A stretch of 64,000 bases of DNA, taken from the NCBI GenBank assembly GCA_963806225.1, contig CAWDXG010000004.1, positions 544,001 to 608,000 of the forward strand. The letters run 5' to 3'. Within the stretch, counting starts at the first letter, position 1. Each line of letters starts with the position of its first letter. The position numbers and the translations under genes were made by a program. Below the pieces are notes generated by a model. The model was not told the origin of the DNA, ran no database searches, and saw nothing but the letters and a program-made list of their open reading frames with translations. Shown here in pieces: positions 47,591-56,858 of this stretch. Source of the DNA: an uncultured delta proteobacterium (GTDB lineage Bacteria > Myxococcota_A > Polyangia > Polyangiales > Polyangiaceae).

Positions 47591-47715
47591 CGCGGGTGAT
47601 GCCGTCGAGGCGGTGCTGGCCGACGCGCTGCAGCGGGCGGCGGCGGCGGGGCAGTGGGCGAAGCGCTTGCCCGCGAGCTGGAGATGCGGCGGGCTCTCGC
47701 GGGCGGGGTTCCAAC

Positions 47716-47937
47716 CTATTGTTCTCTGCTCGAAACGCTCGCGCAGGTCACGCTGTTGTCGGGTCGTATCGCGCACTTCTCCATCTCCGACGTGCTGCTG
47801 GTTTGCTTCACGAAGTAGATGTACGGCAGATATCGGGGCACCGCAGCGTCCGGCGCGACCAAGGCGTAGGTTCTCCCGCATCCTGCAAGGACGCCGCTAC
47901 CGACGACAACGGCTGCGAGCACCAGAAGCGATGGCAC
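47716..47937 (-). CDS. small Cys-hairpin lipoprotein 4
   Basis: AAGGAG + GTG start; LAGC lipobox; CAIRPDNSVTC. Confidence 0.65.
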   Translation of the reverse strand: MPSLLVLAAVVVGSGVLAGCGRTYALVAPDAAVPRYLPYIYFVKQTSSTSEMEKCAIRPDNSVTCASVSSREQ

Positions 47938-48137
47938 AGGTTGCTCTCCTTGCAGTGCGTCTCGGCCCCGTCTGGCGCAACGTCGCAAACAACGATCAAT
48001 TGGTGGCCGTCGGAGTGCACCCATTCGTACCAGACCTTGTTCGGAACGGCATAGCCCGCGTGCACCAGGGTTGCGCCGCCGCAGCCGACGGCGCCGAGCG
48101 CGAGGAGCAACAGGGCAACGGGTCGCAGATTGATCAC
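47808..48137 (-). CDS. small Cys-hairpin lipoprotein 3 (3' read-through overlaps gene 4)
   Basis: GAGG + GTG overlapping the upstream stop; AVGC lipobox; CDVAPDGAETHC. Confidence 0.7.
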   Translation of the reverse strand: MINLRPVALLLLALGAVGCGGATLVHAGYAVPNKVWYEWVHSDGHQLIVVCDVAPDGAETHCKESNLCHRFWCSQPLSSVAASLQDAGEPTPWSRRTLRCPDICRTSTS

Positions 48138-48478
48138 GGTGCACCTCTCACGGGCGATGTTCCGCTCGGGGCCGGTGCAGCCGCGACGGTCGGTGCGGCG
48201 GTGGCACCGGGCGGGACGACGCCAGAGCCGGGTATCCCCCGCTTGCTCTGGTCATAGGAGATGGGGCTGCACACGAACCTGCCGCTGACCTTGCTGCAGT
48301 TCCACGCTTCGTACGTCGTCCAGGCCGAGAAGAATGCGTAGCGCACGCCGACCGTGATGACCTTGTAGCTATTGTAGGAAGGGTGCACTGCGAAATCCGC
48401 TATCCGGCGCGACGTGACGCAAGCCGGCAAGAACAGTCCCGCGGCGAGCGCGAAGCAGAGGGGGGCAAGGCGGCGCAT
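48134..48478 (-). CDS. small Cys-hairpin lipoprotein 2
   Basis: TGATG-coupled start; LPAC lipobox; CSKVSGRFVC; Pro/Ala-rich tail. Confidence 0.7.
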   Translation of the reverse strand: MRRLAPLCFALAAGLFLPACVTSRRIADFAVHPSYNSYKVITVGVRYAFFSAWTTYEAWNCSKVSGRFVCSPISYDQSKRGIPGSGVVPPGATAAPTVAAAPAPSGTSPVRGAP

Positions 48479-48696
48479 CACTTGTACACCACGGGGTAGG
48501 CCTTGCAGTCGGAGAGGCTGCCATCCGCGGCTCGCTTGCAGTCGCCGAGCGACCATGACGTTCCCTTGATCTGGACGAATACGAGTTCGTGGTCGCGAAC
48601 AGCGTATTCGGTGATCGCCTGCCGCCCACAGCCACTCACGGCAAGCGTCGCGACGACAAGGAGCGGCGCGACGAAAATCACATTCTGTCGACGCAT
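48478..48696 (-). CDS. small Cys-hairpin lipoprotein 1
   Basis: MRRQ..LAVSGC lipobox; CKRAADGSLSDC. Confidence 0.72.
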   Translation of the reverse strand: MRRQNVIFVAPLLVVATLAVSGCGRQAITEYAVRDHELVFVQIKGTSWSLGDCKRAADGSLSDCKAYPVVYK

Positions 48697-49077
48697 GGCC
48701 CGTTCTATCCAGCGGCCACGACGTTCATCAACCCCGTCCGGGCCGGGCACGGCCCATGGATGACGGCCGTTGCCGCTGCGGAATATCAGAATGCGTTGGG
48801 AAATAGCGTATAGCTGCCACAAGAGAACGGCGCGATCGGTGCCAGTGCCCTCCGCGGCTCCAGGGCTACGGTATCAGTTCACCTGGAAGCTCTGCTGGCT
48901 GTCGGGGGTGGCGGATCTCGGCCAGAGCGTGCGCATGCCCAGGCTACGAAGTCGATCCGGGGCCATGCTGAAGCACCCGAAGCAGTAGTGAGGCGCGCGG
49001 TGTTTCCCTGTGGAGTCGGGGAACGATGCACGGCGTGCTGCGCGTTCCATCAGTGGCCTGCGCGTAGTGTCGCGTCA

Positions 49078-49707
49078 TCAGCGACCCGGCTTGGACTTCC
49101 TCGTCGCTCCCCCACGCTTGCGTTGGCGCTCGCTCCGGGCGCTCGGGCTCGGGCCGTGCCCATCGAGGAAGGTGTCGACAATCGTGCCCAGCTCCAGATC
49201 GGCGACGGGGAGCTTCGCGCCGGAGCGCGCCATGATCCCCGAGACCATGATCGGCGAGATCAGCAGCACGATCTTCTGCAGTGGATCGCCCGGAGTGATC
49301 CTGCCCGCGGCCTGGTGGTGGGCGACGATGTCCGCCGCCTTGCGCAGGTTGGGCACGAGCGCCGCCATCGCCGTGCGCAGCTCGGGATGGTTCGCCATCT
49401 CGGCGACGAGCGTCAGCACGGCGCCGCCGTAGCCACGATACGTCTGCGCGTACGCGTCGACGATCGCCAGGAGATCGGCCCGGGCGTCGTCGCTGGCGAC
49501 TACCTTGCCGAACGGAGACTCCTTCAGGCAGTGGCCGAGCGCCGCCTCGATCAGCGCGGCCTTGTTGCCGAAGCGGCGGAACAGGGTGACCTCGTTGACG
49601 CCTGCGCGCCTGGCCATTTCCTGTGTTGTTGCCGCGTCATAGCCGCGCTCGGCGAACACCGAGACCACCGTCTCGAACAGGCGATCGAGGTCTATGACCT
49701 TCGGCAT
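49078..49707 (-). CDS. TetR-family regulator
   Basis: FAERGYDAATTQEMARRAGVNEVTLFRRFGNK. Confidence 0.92.
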   Translation of the reverse strand: MPKVIDLDRLFETVVSVFAERGYDAATTQEMARRAGVNEVTLFRRFGNKAALIEAALGHCLKESPFGKVVASDDARADLLAIVDAYAQTYRGYGGAVLTLVAEMANHPELRTAMAALVPNLRKAADIVAHHQAAGRITPGDPLQKIVLLISPIMVSGIMARSGAKLPVADLELGTIVDTFLDGHGPSPSARSERQRKRGGATRKSKPGR

Positions 49708-49744
49708 GATGCCCTTGCTCCCATGCCAGCCAGCGTAGAGCAAA

Positions 49745-49782
49745 CCGGCTTTATTGCAAGTATGCGCTTGCAATAAAGCCGG
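49745..49782. promoter_or_regulatory. perfect palindromic operator between tetR and nitroreductase
   Basis: ccggctttattgcaag-tatgcg-cttgcaataaagccgg (16-bp arms) in the divergent intergenic region. Confidence 0.75.
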
Positions 49783-49802
49783 CGCGGGCGTACTTGTGGG
49801 GC

Positions 49803-50975
49803 ATGAACGCAGCCGTCACACACACCGTGCAAAGAGAGCCGGCTGGCTTCGCGCTCCAGCGCACCTTCATCTGGCGCATCAAGCTGAAGCTGCAGTTCAC
49901 CGGTTGGCTGCAGTACATGCCCTCCGGGGTGGCGGCGCTTGTGTTCCTGCTGCTTGCCGGCGTGGGTTGGCTGATCGGACTCTGGCCGGCGCTGCTGTTC
50001 TGGACGCCGCTTTCGATCGGTCTCCTGCTTTCGGCGAACACCGCCTTCGAGATCGTGACGCTGAAGCTCGGCCTCCGCCCGCCGGAGCCGCTTCCCGCGC
50101 CACTCGATGGGCTCGACGCCTTCGACGTGATGCGGGCCCGGCGCGCCTGTCGCTCGTTCCAGAAACGCAACCTGACGCCGGCCCATCGCGAGGCGCTGCT
50201 CGGCAGCGTCGCTCTCAATAGCCAGCCCGAGCGCCAGATCGGCAAGAGCCCGATCCGCTTCGAGTACGTCGCTGCGCCGCTGACGGTGTGGCCCGTTGTC
50301 GGTGCGCACGAGTTCCTCGTCGCTATTGCCCCGAAAACCTACGACCGTCTCGCCGTCATCAACGTCGGCCGCAGCCTGCAAAAGGTCGTCATCGACGCCA
50401 CCCGCATGGGCCTGGCAACCTGCTGGATCGGCCCGGGTGCTGACCAGAAGAGCATCGTGGCGAAGCTGGGCGACCGCTTCGATCCCGAGAAGGACCACGT
50501 CATCTGCGTGTGTGCGGTCGGCTACGAGTCCGCGTTGAAACCCCTGACCATCCGCTTCATACAGAGGTCGCAGCACTGGCGCCGACCGCTCGAGCAGCTG
50601 TTCTTCAGCGACCCGGAGCTACAGCAGCCATTGGACGTTAAGAAGCCACCCTTCGATGCCTTCGGACGTTGCTACGAGGTGTGCCAGTGGTCGCCGTCGT
50701 CCTACAACGGCCAGACCACGCGCGCCGCGGCGGCGCTGGAAGAGAGAGACGGCAGAGCGACGCTTGCCCGGATGGATTTCTACGCTTCCACCTCCTCGCG
50801 CTACTACGCCGCGGTGGCGCTCGGCATCTGGTGCGCCAACTGGGAACTAGGCGCCGAAGCGCTCGGCACTCCCGGTCACTTCTCCGTGCTGTCATCCGTC
50901 GAGCGCGGACTCGCAAATGACCCCGGACTACCGCACTACGACGTCAGCTGGATCGCCGATCACCACCTGACGTAG
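49803..50975 (+). CDS. membrane-anchored two-domain nitroreductase-family protein
   Basis: Two N-terminal TMs, then RRACRSF, ATRMGLATCWIG, SPSSYNGQ, LGIWCANW. Confidence 0.85.
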   Translation: MNAAVTHTVQREPAGFALQRTFIWRIKLKLQFTGWLQYMPSGVAALVFLLLAGVGWLIGLWPALLFWTPLSIGLLLSANTAFEIVTLKLGLRPPEPLPAPLDGLDAFDVMRARRACRSFQKRNLTPAHREALLGSVALNSQPERQIGKSPIRFEYVAAPLTVWPVVGAHEFLVAIAPKTYDRLAVINVGRSLQKVVIDATRMGLATCWIGPGADQKSIVAKLGDRFDPEKDHVICVCAVGYESALKPLTIRFIQRSQHWRRPLEQLFFSDPELQQPLDVKKPPFDAFGRCYEVCQWSPSSYNGQTTRAAAALEERDGRATLARMDFYASTSSRYYAAVALGIWCANWELGAEALGTPGHFSVLSSVERGLANDPGLPHYDVSWIADHHLT

Positions 50976-51269
50976 CGGGTCGTTGCGGGGCGCCGGGCGC
51001 GGGATCGGTGCTGGCGGGCGAGCCCGCGCTCGCCGCTCTCGCTGTCGCCTCCACGCTCGGCACGCTTCCCGCTGCGCGACATGCACGGCAAAGGACAAGC
51101 CGGCGCCGGCCGCCAGTGCGTGCGCCGACTACCACGAGGCGCCCGGACCCCTGCCCCAGCCCGTCGAGACCGTCCGCTGCCGCCACATAGCAGCCCCGTC
51201 ACCCGCGCCCCCCGCGCTTGTCGCCCGCATTCCCTGTCCTGCGCCCCGACGCCAGCGCGTTCATCCGGA

Positions 51270-51957
51270 CTACGCGCGCAACCCCAGGGCGACGGAGCAA
51301 GGACGGCGCTACACCCCCGACGGCACCGACATCAACCGCCTGTTCAGCTACGACTACGTGAATCACCTGGCGCGCGAGGCGTGGACCTACGAGCACAATC
51401 GCGCATTCGAGCTGCGTCCGCTGGTGACGGGGCTGGACGGCATCATCGATCTGCACTCGGCCAGCCAACCCACCGTGCCGTCCGCGATCTGCGACGGCAC
51501 GCCGGACGGCATCGCACTCGCACGCCACACCGGCGCGCGCGTCACCTACGGCTGGGACGGCCCGGGCATGCTGATGGAGCAGGTGAGCATCGGAGCGCTG
51601 GTCCGCCGCGGCCGTCCCGCGCTCAGCGTGGAATGCGGCCAGCACGAGGATCCCGGCACGACCGATCACGCCTGGGAGGTCCTGACGCGCTTCCTCGGCG
51701 CACTCGGCATCACCGACCACCCGATCGCCGACGAGCCGGGCCCCGCCTACCGGCTGTTCGCGCGCGTGGTCAAGCCGACGCTCGGCTTCGCGCTGACGCA
51801 GAACTACCGCAGCTTCGACTCACTCGAGGCCGGCGCCGAGCTCGGCCGCGGCGACGGCATGAGCATCTTCGTCAACGAACGCGCCTTCCTGCTCCTACCC
51901 ACGCCCCACGCCCAGCGCGGCGAGGACATCGTGTACCTGGCGCGGGAGATGACGTAG
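51270..51957 (+). pseudogene. 5'-truncated succinylglutamate desuccinylase/aspartoacylase-family gene
   Basis: NPRA..RRY..DINRLF, IDLHS and VECGQH are present, but the in-frame N-terminal HGNE Zn motif and a credible start are missing. Confidence 0.7.
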
Positions 51958-51959
51958 GC

Positions 51960-52302
51960 GCAGGTCCCTGGGTGGCCTGCACGTGGATGCACGCGCGACC
52001 GTCGGTGGCGCGCAGCGTGCCCGGCGGCAGATCGATCTCGGGCGTCACCGTTTCTCCCGGCGCGACGTAGGCCAGGAATTTCGTGATGTGGACGATGACG
52101 TCGCGCCACGTCGGGAACACGTCGATGGCCGGGAGTACGTCGCGACTCAGCCGGCGGTTGAAGAAGAGCTCCTCGATCTCCAGCGACTCGGGGTCGTGAT
52201 CGAGCGCACCTTCGGCGAGATCGAGAACCCGACGAGGATGTAGTCATCCAGCGCGAAGGCGTGCTCCGCCCCGCAGACTCCGCAGCTGTAGTGCGTGCGG
52301 AG
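51960..52302 (-). pseudogene. internal fragment of a DUF5939/adenylate-guanylate cyclase-like gene
   Basis: Hand translation: LRTHYSCGVCGAEHAFALDDYILVGFSISPKVRSI / HDPESLEIEELFF..PGET..LPPG, with a frameshift and no start or stop of its own. Confidence 0.55.
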
Positions 52303-52498
52303 GCAGCAACACGCGGCATTTGCCCACGCACTTCGCCAGTGGCACGAGATCAGACAAGCGCTGGATCTCGAAGCGCGTACCCGGTGCGTCCGACGTGATC
52401 GACAGCGGTGCGACCGTCGGAGGCGTGTAGAGCGATTGTGCGCTTGCCGGGGCGGCGAGCGTCAGTCCCAACAGAGCAGCGCGCAGCGCGCGTGACAC
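52300..52498 (-). pseudogene. N-terminal fragment of a secreted protein
   Basis: Signal peptide ..AAPASAQ and LAKCVGKCRVLLP, then an abrupt junction with the DUF5939-like fragment. Confidence 0.45.
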
Positions 52499-52893
52499 AT
52501 ATCGAATCTACCACATGGAGAAGCTCGCCGTGAGGTGTCCTGGCAGCCACCCCCACGTCGACGGGCCCCGCAACGCTCGCGCTGTCAACCACGCCCCTGC
52601 CCCTGCTACGGCTCGCTCCGCGTCGGTCGTGGCCGTCGCGTGCTCACGGGCCATAGTCCTCGTCTCCGCATTGCTGTGCTGCAGATGGACGCGATGCACG
52701 GCTGGGGCTCCGCCTGCGGAGGCCCGCTCCGCCGCGAAGACCGCGCCCGCCGCTGCGCTTGGGGCGGGGCGAGTACGGGCCGCGCCCGGCTCGCTCGGGT
52801 TCACTTCGGGGTGATACCGCGGGTCCTGGCAGCCGCTATCACGCGGTGGACTCCCGCAGCATTCGAGCTGCGCTACACGCCCCTGATCTACCG

Positions 52894-53757
52894 CTACCCG
52901 AACAACTCGCGGACATCTGTCAACGTCGCCGCACGCGTCAGCCACGCGTCCAGCGTCGGAATGTCGCGGCAGGCGCGCACGCGCTCGGCCACGTCGTCGG
53001 GCACGGCGAAGCCGCGCGCTTCGAGCACGCGAAGGATGCCTTCGGCCTTGCCCTCCGCCAGTCCCTGCCCGAAGTACCGCCGGGCATACTCGCTCTGGTA
53101 TTCGTATTTCTGGACCATGATGGCTTCTACTTTCCTGCGGGCGCCGGGCTCGAGCGCTGCGAGCACCATGTCGATGTAGAGTGTACGCCTGTCGGGCTCG
53201 AAGGCCAGCGAGGCCTCGGCTGCGAGCTCGCCGAGCGCTACGGCGTGCGGGCCGCGGCCGTGCACGACGGCGGAGAGCACCGTCAGGTACGGGCTCTCGA
53301 CCGCCCGATCGCGATCGAGCAGCTCCGGCACCGTCGAAGGACCGAGCACGAGCGGCGTGAGCTCGAAGCCGGGATGGCCGACAGCGATCGGCTGCGCCGC
53401 CCAGCGCTCGACCCGCCGGCTCGGCGTGACCACGACGAGATAGACCGCGCACTGCTGCTCGGCCCACTGCCACACCACGTAGCGCGGCCAGACGCGGCGC
53501 TTCGCGTCGCGCGCGTCCGCGTTGGTGTCAAGCTGCACTTCCACGATCAGGACGAAGCGACGGCGCCCGGCGCGTACGTGCAGCACGAGATCAGCGGCGT
53601 ACTCGGGCGGGCGGGCCTCGCCAAAGCTGGCCGCCACGATCTCGACGCTCGCCCTGGCAGGCAGCGCCACGTGCAGCACGCTGCGGAGCAGCTCCGCGAC
53701 GAACGCCGGCCTCGACCGGAACAGATCCACCAGGGCCTCATGCAGCTGCGAAGGCAC
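52894..53757 (-). CDS. Rpn-like PD-(D/E)XK nuclease family protein
   Basis: HEALVDLFR..EYAADLV..IVEVQL..WPRY; C-terminus YEYQSEYARRY..G..EGKAEG..VLEARG..LDAWL.RA. Confidence 0.75.
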   Translation of the reverse strand: MPSQLHEALVDLFRSRPAFVAELLRSVLHVALPARASVEIVAASFGEARPPEYAADLVLHVRAGRRRFVLIVEVQLDTNADARDAKRRVWPRYVVWQWAEQQCAVYLVVVTPSRRVERWAAQPIAVGHPGFELTPLVLGPSTVPELLDRDRAVESPYLTVLSAVVHGRGPHAVALGELAAEASLAFEPDRRTLYIDMVLAALEPGARRKVEAIMVQKYEYQSEYARRYFGQGLAEGKAEGILRVLEARGFAVPDDVAERVRACRDIPTLDAWLTRAATLTDVRELFG

Positions 53758-54158
53758 GCGCGAGGTGCAGCAAGCGGCGTGCCGCGCGGAAATGCCGGCA
53801 AGAGCGCATTGTGCGGGGTGGCGGCGCAGGGATCCGCCGGCGGCGGCCGCCAGTGGCGGGAACACCTGCGCGACCTGCTCGCGGAGCGGCTGACCGCGGC
53901 GTTCGGACAGGTTCCGGGCCCGCCGGCATCGGGACCGGGCCTCGTTCACGTCCACCTCGTCTACCCCGGCGAGGGCGCGCCCCGCTTCGTCGACCTCGCC
54001 CGCCTCCGCCAGCTCGCCGCCCGCATCCGGCAAGACGTCCCGGGTGCGGACATCCTCGTCACCAGAGGCGGCGCGCGGCGCTCCACTGTCCGGCCATCGA
54101 CGGTCGGCGTACGTGATGGGGTTGGACTTCGAGTCCCTTTTCCTGGCCCTCTTGCGGA

Positions 54159-54398
54159 TCAGGGTATGTCGTACTGTATGCCGACCCGCCACGCAGCGAG
54201 CCAGGTCACGGCGCCCACTTCGGCTTGTCCCCGGGTGGGAAGCGAGGGTCCGGAAGAGCTGCCCCGGTCGTAGGTGTAGGTCACGCGCTCGCGGCCGAGG
54301 TCATCGTCGAACCCCAGCCAGATGCTGAACACGAAGGGGTCCAGGTAGAAGGATCCGCCGGCGCGCAGCCCCCCGTCAGGTCGGGCCATAGGCACCAC
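54159..54398 (-). pseudogene. C-terminal fragment of a probable outer-membrane beta-barrel protein
   Basis: Amphipathic strands ending WRVGIQYDIP*; no signal peptide or upstream continuation. Confidence 0.4.
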
Positions 54399-54523
54399 GC
54401 TGTTGCTGGGCTGCCCAGCGCTGTGCGCTTGCCGTGTACCTAACGCACTCCTCGATCTTTGCCTGGCAGAGCGCCTGCTGCGCTTGAAGTCGAAGCAGGA
54501 AGCCCCTCCAGGCGCTCGCAGCG

Positions 54524-54670
54524 TGCTTCCTCATCCTCTCGCTCCGCTTCACGCTTGTAGCAGTCCGCCAGACCATCAAGAAACGCGCTGGTCTCCGGCC
54601 AATGCCCGTCTGCACGCAGGCGCTCTGCGGTCTGTCGATAGGCGGTCTCGATCTCGCGTTCCTGACGCCC
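54524..54670 (-). pseudogene. C-terminal remnant resembling large HTH/ATPase island proteins
   Basis: QERE...YR..AE.L...WP.TS..L..LA..Y.REAERED pattern, recognised from memory only. Confidence 0.4.
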
Positions 54671-55197
54671 CCAACTTTCCCCACCGCAAAGCCGTGGTCG
54701 CGCTCGCACCCAGGCACAGCGTCGACCGGAACCCCCAGTCGTGCGCGAGCGCACCTGCGAGCCGTCAAATCGCGAGCAGGCACCTGGACCGCCCACCGAC
54801 AGAACGGTATGCACCCGCGTGCACGCCCGAGCAGAGCGTCACCAGCAATGTCGAGCGCCGCGTCATGAATTCTGAGTGCTCACCACGAGCACCAGAACCG
54901 AGGCGCAGCAACGTCGCTGGTGCTGCGGCTTGTCGTGTCGAAGCGGAGTGCGACGCTCTCCGCACCTTCGACAGCGCCATCTCCCACATCGACTGGGCCA
55001 CGCTGCTTCGCCGCGTCTACGACATCGACGCCCTCGCCTGCCCCTGCGGCGGCCGCCTCCGCTTCACCGACCTCGTCACCGATTCCGACGAAGCCCGCGC
55101 CGCCCTCGAAGAGCTGCGCCTCCCCGCGAGCCCACCGCCAATCCTGCCCGCCCACGCCGCGCCCGAGCTCCTCGACCTCCCACCGCCCGACCCCTAG
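54667..55197 (+). mobile_element. IS91/ISCR-family (Y2) transposase C-terminal remnant
   Basis: APNFPHRKAVV..IDWATLLRRVYDIDALACPCGGRLRF..L.LP..PP; the catalytic HUH/Y2 region is missing. Confidence 0.7.
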
Positions 55198-55445
55198 CCA
55201 GACCGCGCGCCCGGCGAGCGCCCGCTCTTGGAGTTCCTGGCCTTGAGCGCGCTGCACCTGGCCTCCATCGCTGACAAGCGCGAGCGCTTCCCACGTGATC
55301 CGAATGCGGAGCAACGTCTACCTGTGCAGCCGTCGCCTGTGCGGCAGGAATGTGCACCCGCAGGACAGCCGCGTGGCAGCGATCTCGCGCGCCAAGCCAA
55401 TCCACGAAGCGCGACCGCGCGGAGGCTCGGCGGCGCGCCGACACC

Positions 55446-56858
55446 ATGACGGAGGTTGCAGCCCGGCTCACCGACGCTGGACAGTCGGACCACGCTCGCC
55501 TGCTGCTCGATCGGCTCGGCGCCGCCGCAACGGACGCGGACGCGGCACAGCCGGTGCGCATCGCCGACGGGCTGTGCAGCGGCGGCGTAGTGCCCGAGCA
55601 GAAGCGCCTGACGAACATGCGCACGACGTTCCGACAGCTCGGCGCGCGCTGGACCTCCGGTGGGCTGGCCCGCGCCTTCCCCGACTACGTGGCGGAGAAG
55701 CGCACCGCGCACGTAGACGAGGCGCGGCTCGCCAAGCTGTGCGCGATCGAGGTCGCGCCCGGGCAACCGCTCGGAAATGTGCGGCCGGTCGCGTTCAAGG
55801 TCGAGCACGCCAAGATCGCGATGGCGAACCTGCCCGCGTCGGCGCAGCGTCCCGCCACCCGCCGGCACTACGCCCAATTGGTCCACCGCGTGTTGTCGCT
55901 CGCCGCCTGGCCTTGCGAGATCATCCCGGCCAACCCGCTGCCCAAGCGCTTCATGCCGCGCGTGGGCGATCCGCCGGACTACTCGTACCTGTACCCCGAC
56001 GAGGATCGGAAGCTGCTCGGCCACGTCGAGATCCCGGTGCGCGATCGACTGTTCTTCGGCCTGCTCGTGCGCGAAGGTCTGCGCGCCAGCGAAGCGCAGC
56101 AGCTCGTCTGGGCGGACCTGGACCTGGAGCAAGGCACGCTGTCGCTCGACAGGAACAAGACCGACGACGCGCGATCGTGGGTGCTCGATCCCGGCGTCGT
56201 GCGGGCGCTCAGCAAGTGGCGGAAGCGCTTCCACCGCGACGCAGGCCCGGATGACCTCGTCTTCCGCGACGAGCAGGGCGCGCCGATGGAGCTGAACATG
56301 CTGGCCCGCACGTTGCGCCGGGCCCTGCTCCGCGCCGGCGTGCCCCGCAAGGAACTGCACGCCTCGGGCACGAACCGCAGTAGGCTCCGGGCCCATGACC
56401 TCCGCGGCACGTTCATCACGCTGGCCCTCGCCAACGGGAAGACCGAAGCGTGGGTCATGGATCGCACGGGGCACCAGACCAGCGACATGCTGGCCCGCTA
56501 CAAACGCGGCCGGAACCGCGCCGAGGAGCTCCGCCACGGCCTGCCGATGGCCCTCGACCTCGCGATTCCGGAGCTTCGTGACCAGGGGGGTGGGCACCGG
56601 GTGGGCAGGCCCACCCGGTCCATGGTAGGAGCAGCAGCCGCAACTAGTCAGGATCACGACACAAGCCGAAGTGGCGGAATGGCAGACGCGGTGGATTCAA
56701 AATCCGCTGTCCGCAAGGGCGTGTGGGTTCGAATCCCACCTTCGGCACCCATCAGCGGCGCGCACGGCGGGCGGCTTCGCGACGGGCAGCGGCTGTGCCC
56801 GGAGCTCCGCGGACGCGCTCTGCAGCCGCTTCGAGCGTGGGCTCGAGCGGCGTCGTAG
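55446..56858 (+). CDS. tyrosine recombinase/integrase (ORF reads through the tRNA)
   Basis: EGLRASE (R), NKTD (K), HDLR (H-x-x-R), TGH (H), LARY (Y); no stop before the tRNA; 5' end uncertain. Confidence 0.88.
   Translation: MTEVAARLTDAGQSDHARLLLDRLGAAATDADAAQPVRIADGLCSGGVVPEQKRLTNMRTTFRQLGARWTSGGLARAFPDYVAEKRTAHVDEARLAKLCAIEVAPGQPLGNVRPVAFKVEHAKIAMANLPASAQRPATRRHYAQLVHRVLSLAAWPCEIIPANPLPKRFMPRVGDPPDYSYLYPDEDRKLLGHVEIPVRDRLFFGLLVREGLRASEAQQLVWADLDLEQGTLSLDRNKTDDARSWVLDPGVVRALSKWRKRFHRDAGPDDLVFRDEQGAPMELNMLARTLRRALLRAGVPRKELHASGTNRSRLRAHDLRGTFITLALANGKTEAWVMDRTGHQTSDMLARYKRGRNRAEELRHGLPMALDLAIPELRDQGGGHRVGRPTRSMVGAAAATSQDHDTSRSGGMADAVDSKSAVRKGVWVRIPPSAPISGAHGGRLRDGQRLCPELRGRALQPLRAWARAAS
56665..56747 (+). 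tRNA. tRNA-Leu(CAA)
   Basis: Acceptor GCCGAAG/CTTCGGC + discriminator A; D arm TGGCGGAATGGCAGACGC; anticodon arm GTGGA-TTCAAAA-TCCGC; long variable arm; GGTTCGAATCC. Followed by CCC rather than CCA. Confidence 0.95.

Noticed and set aside
51081..51110. MHGKGQAG as the missing HGNE motif of the desuccinylase
   Set aside because: It is in a different frame, lacks the Glu ligand and is about twice the expected distance from the NPRA motif.
47590..56660. Integron-like cassette array associated with the tyrosine recombinase
   Set aside because: No repeated attC-like sites are seen between genes, the lipoprotein genes overlap each other, and the integrase lacks a recognisable IntI-specific insertion.
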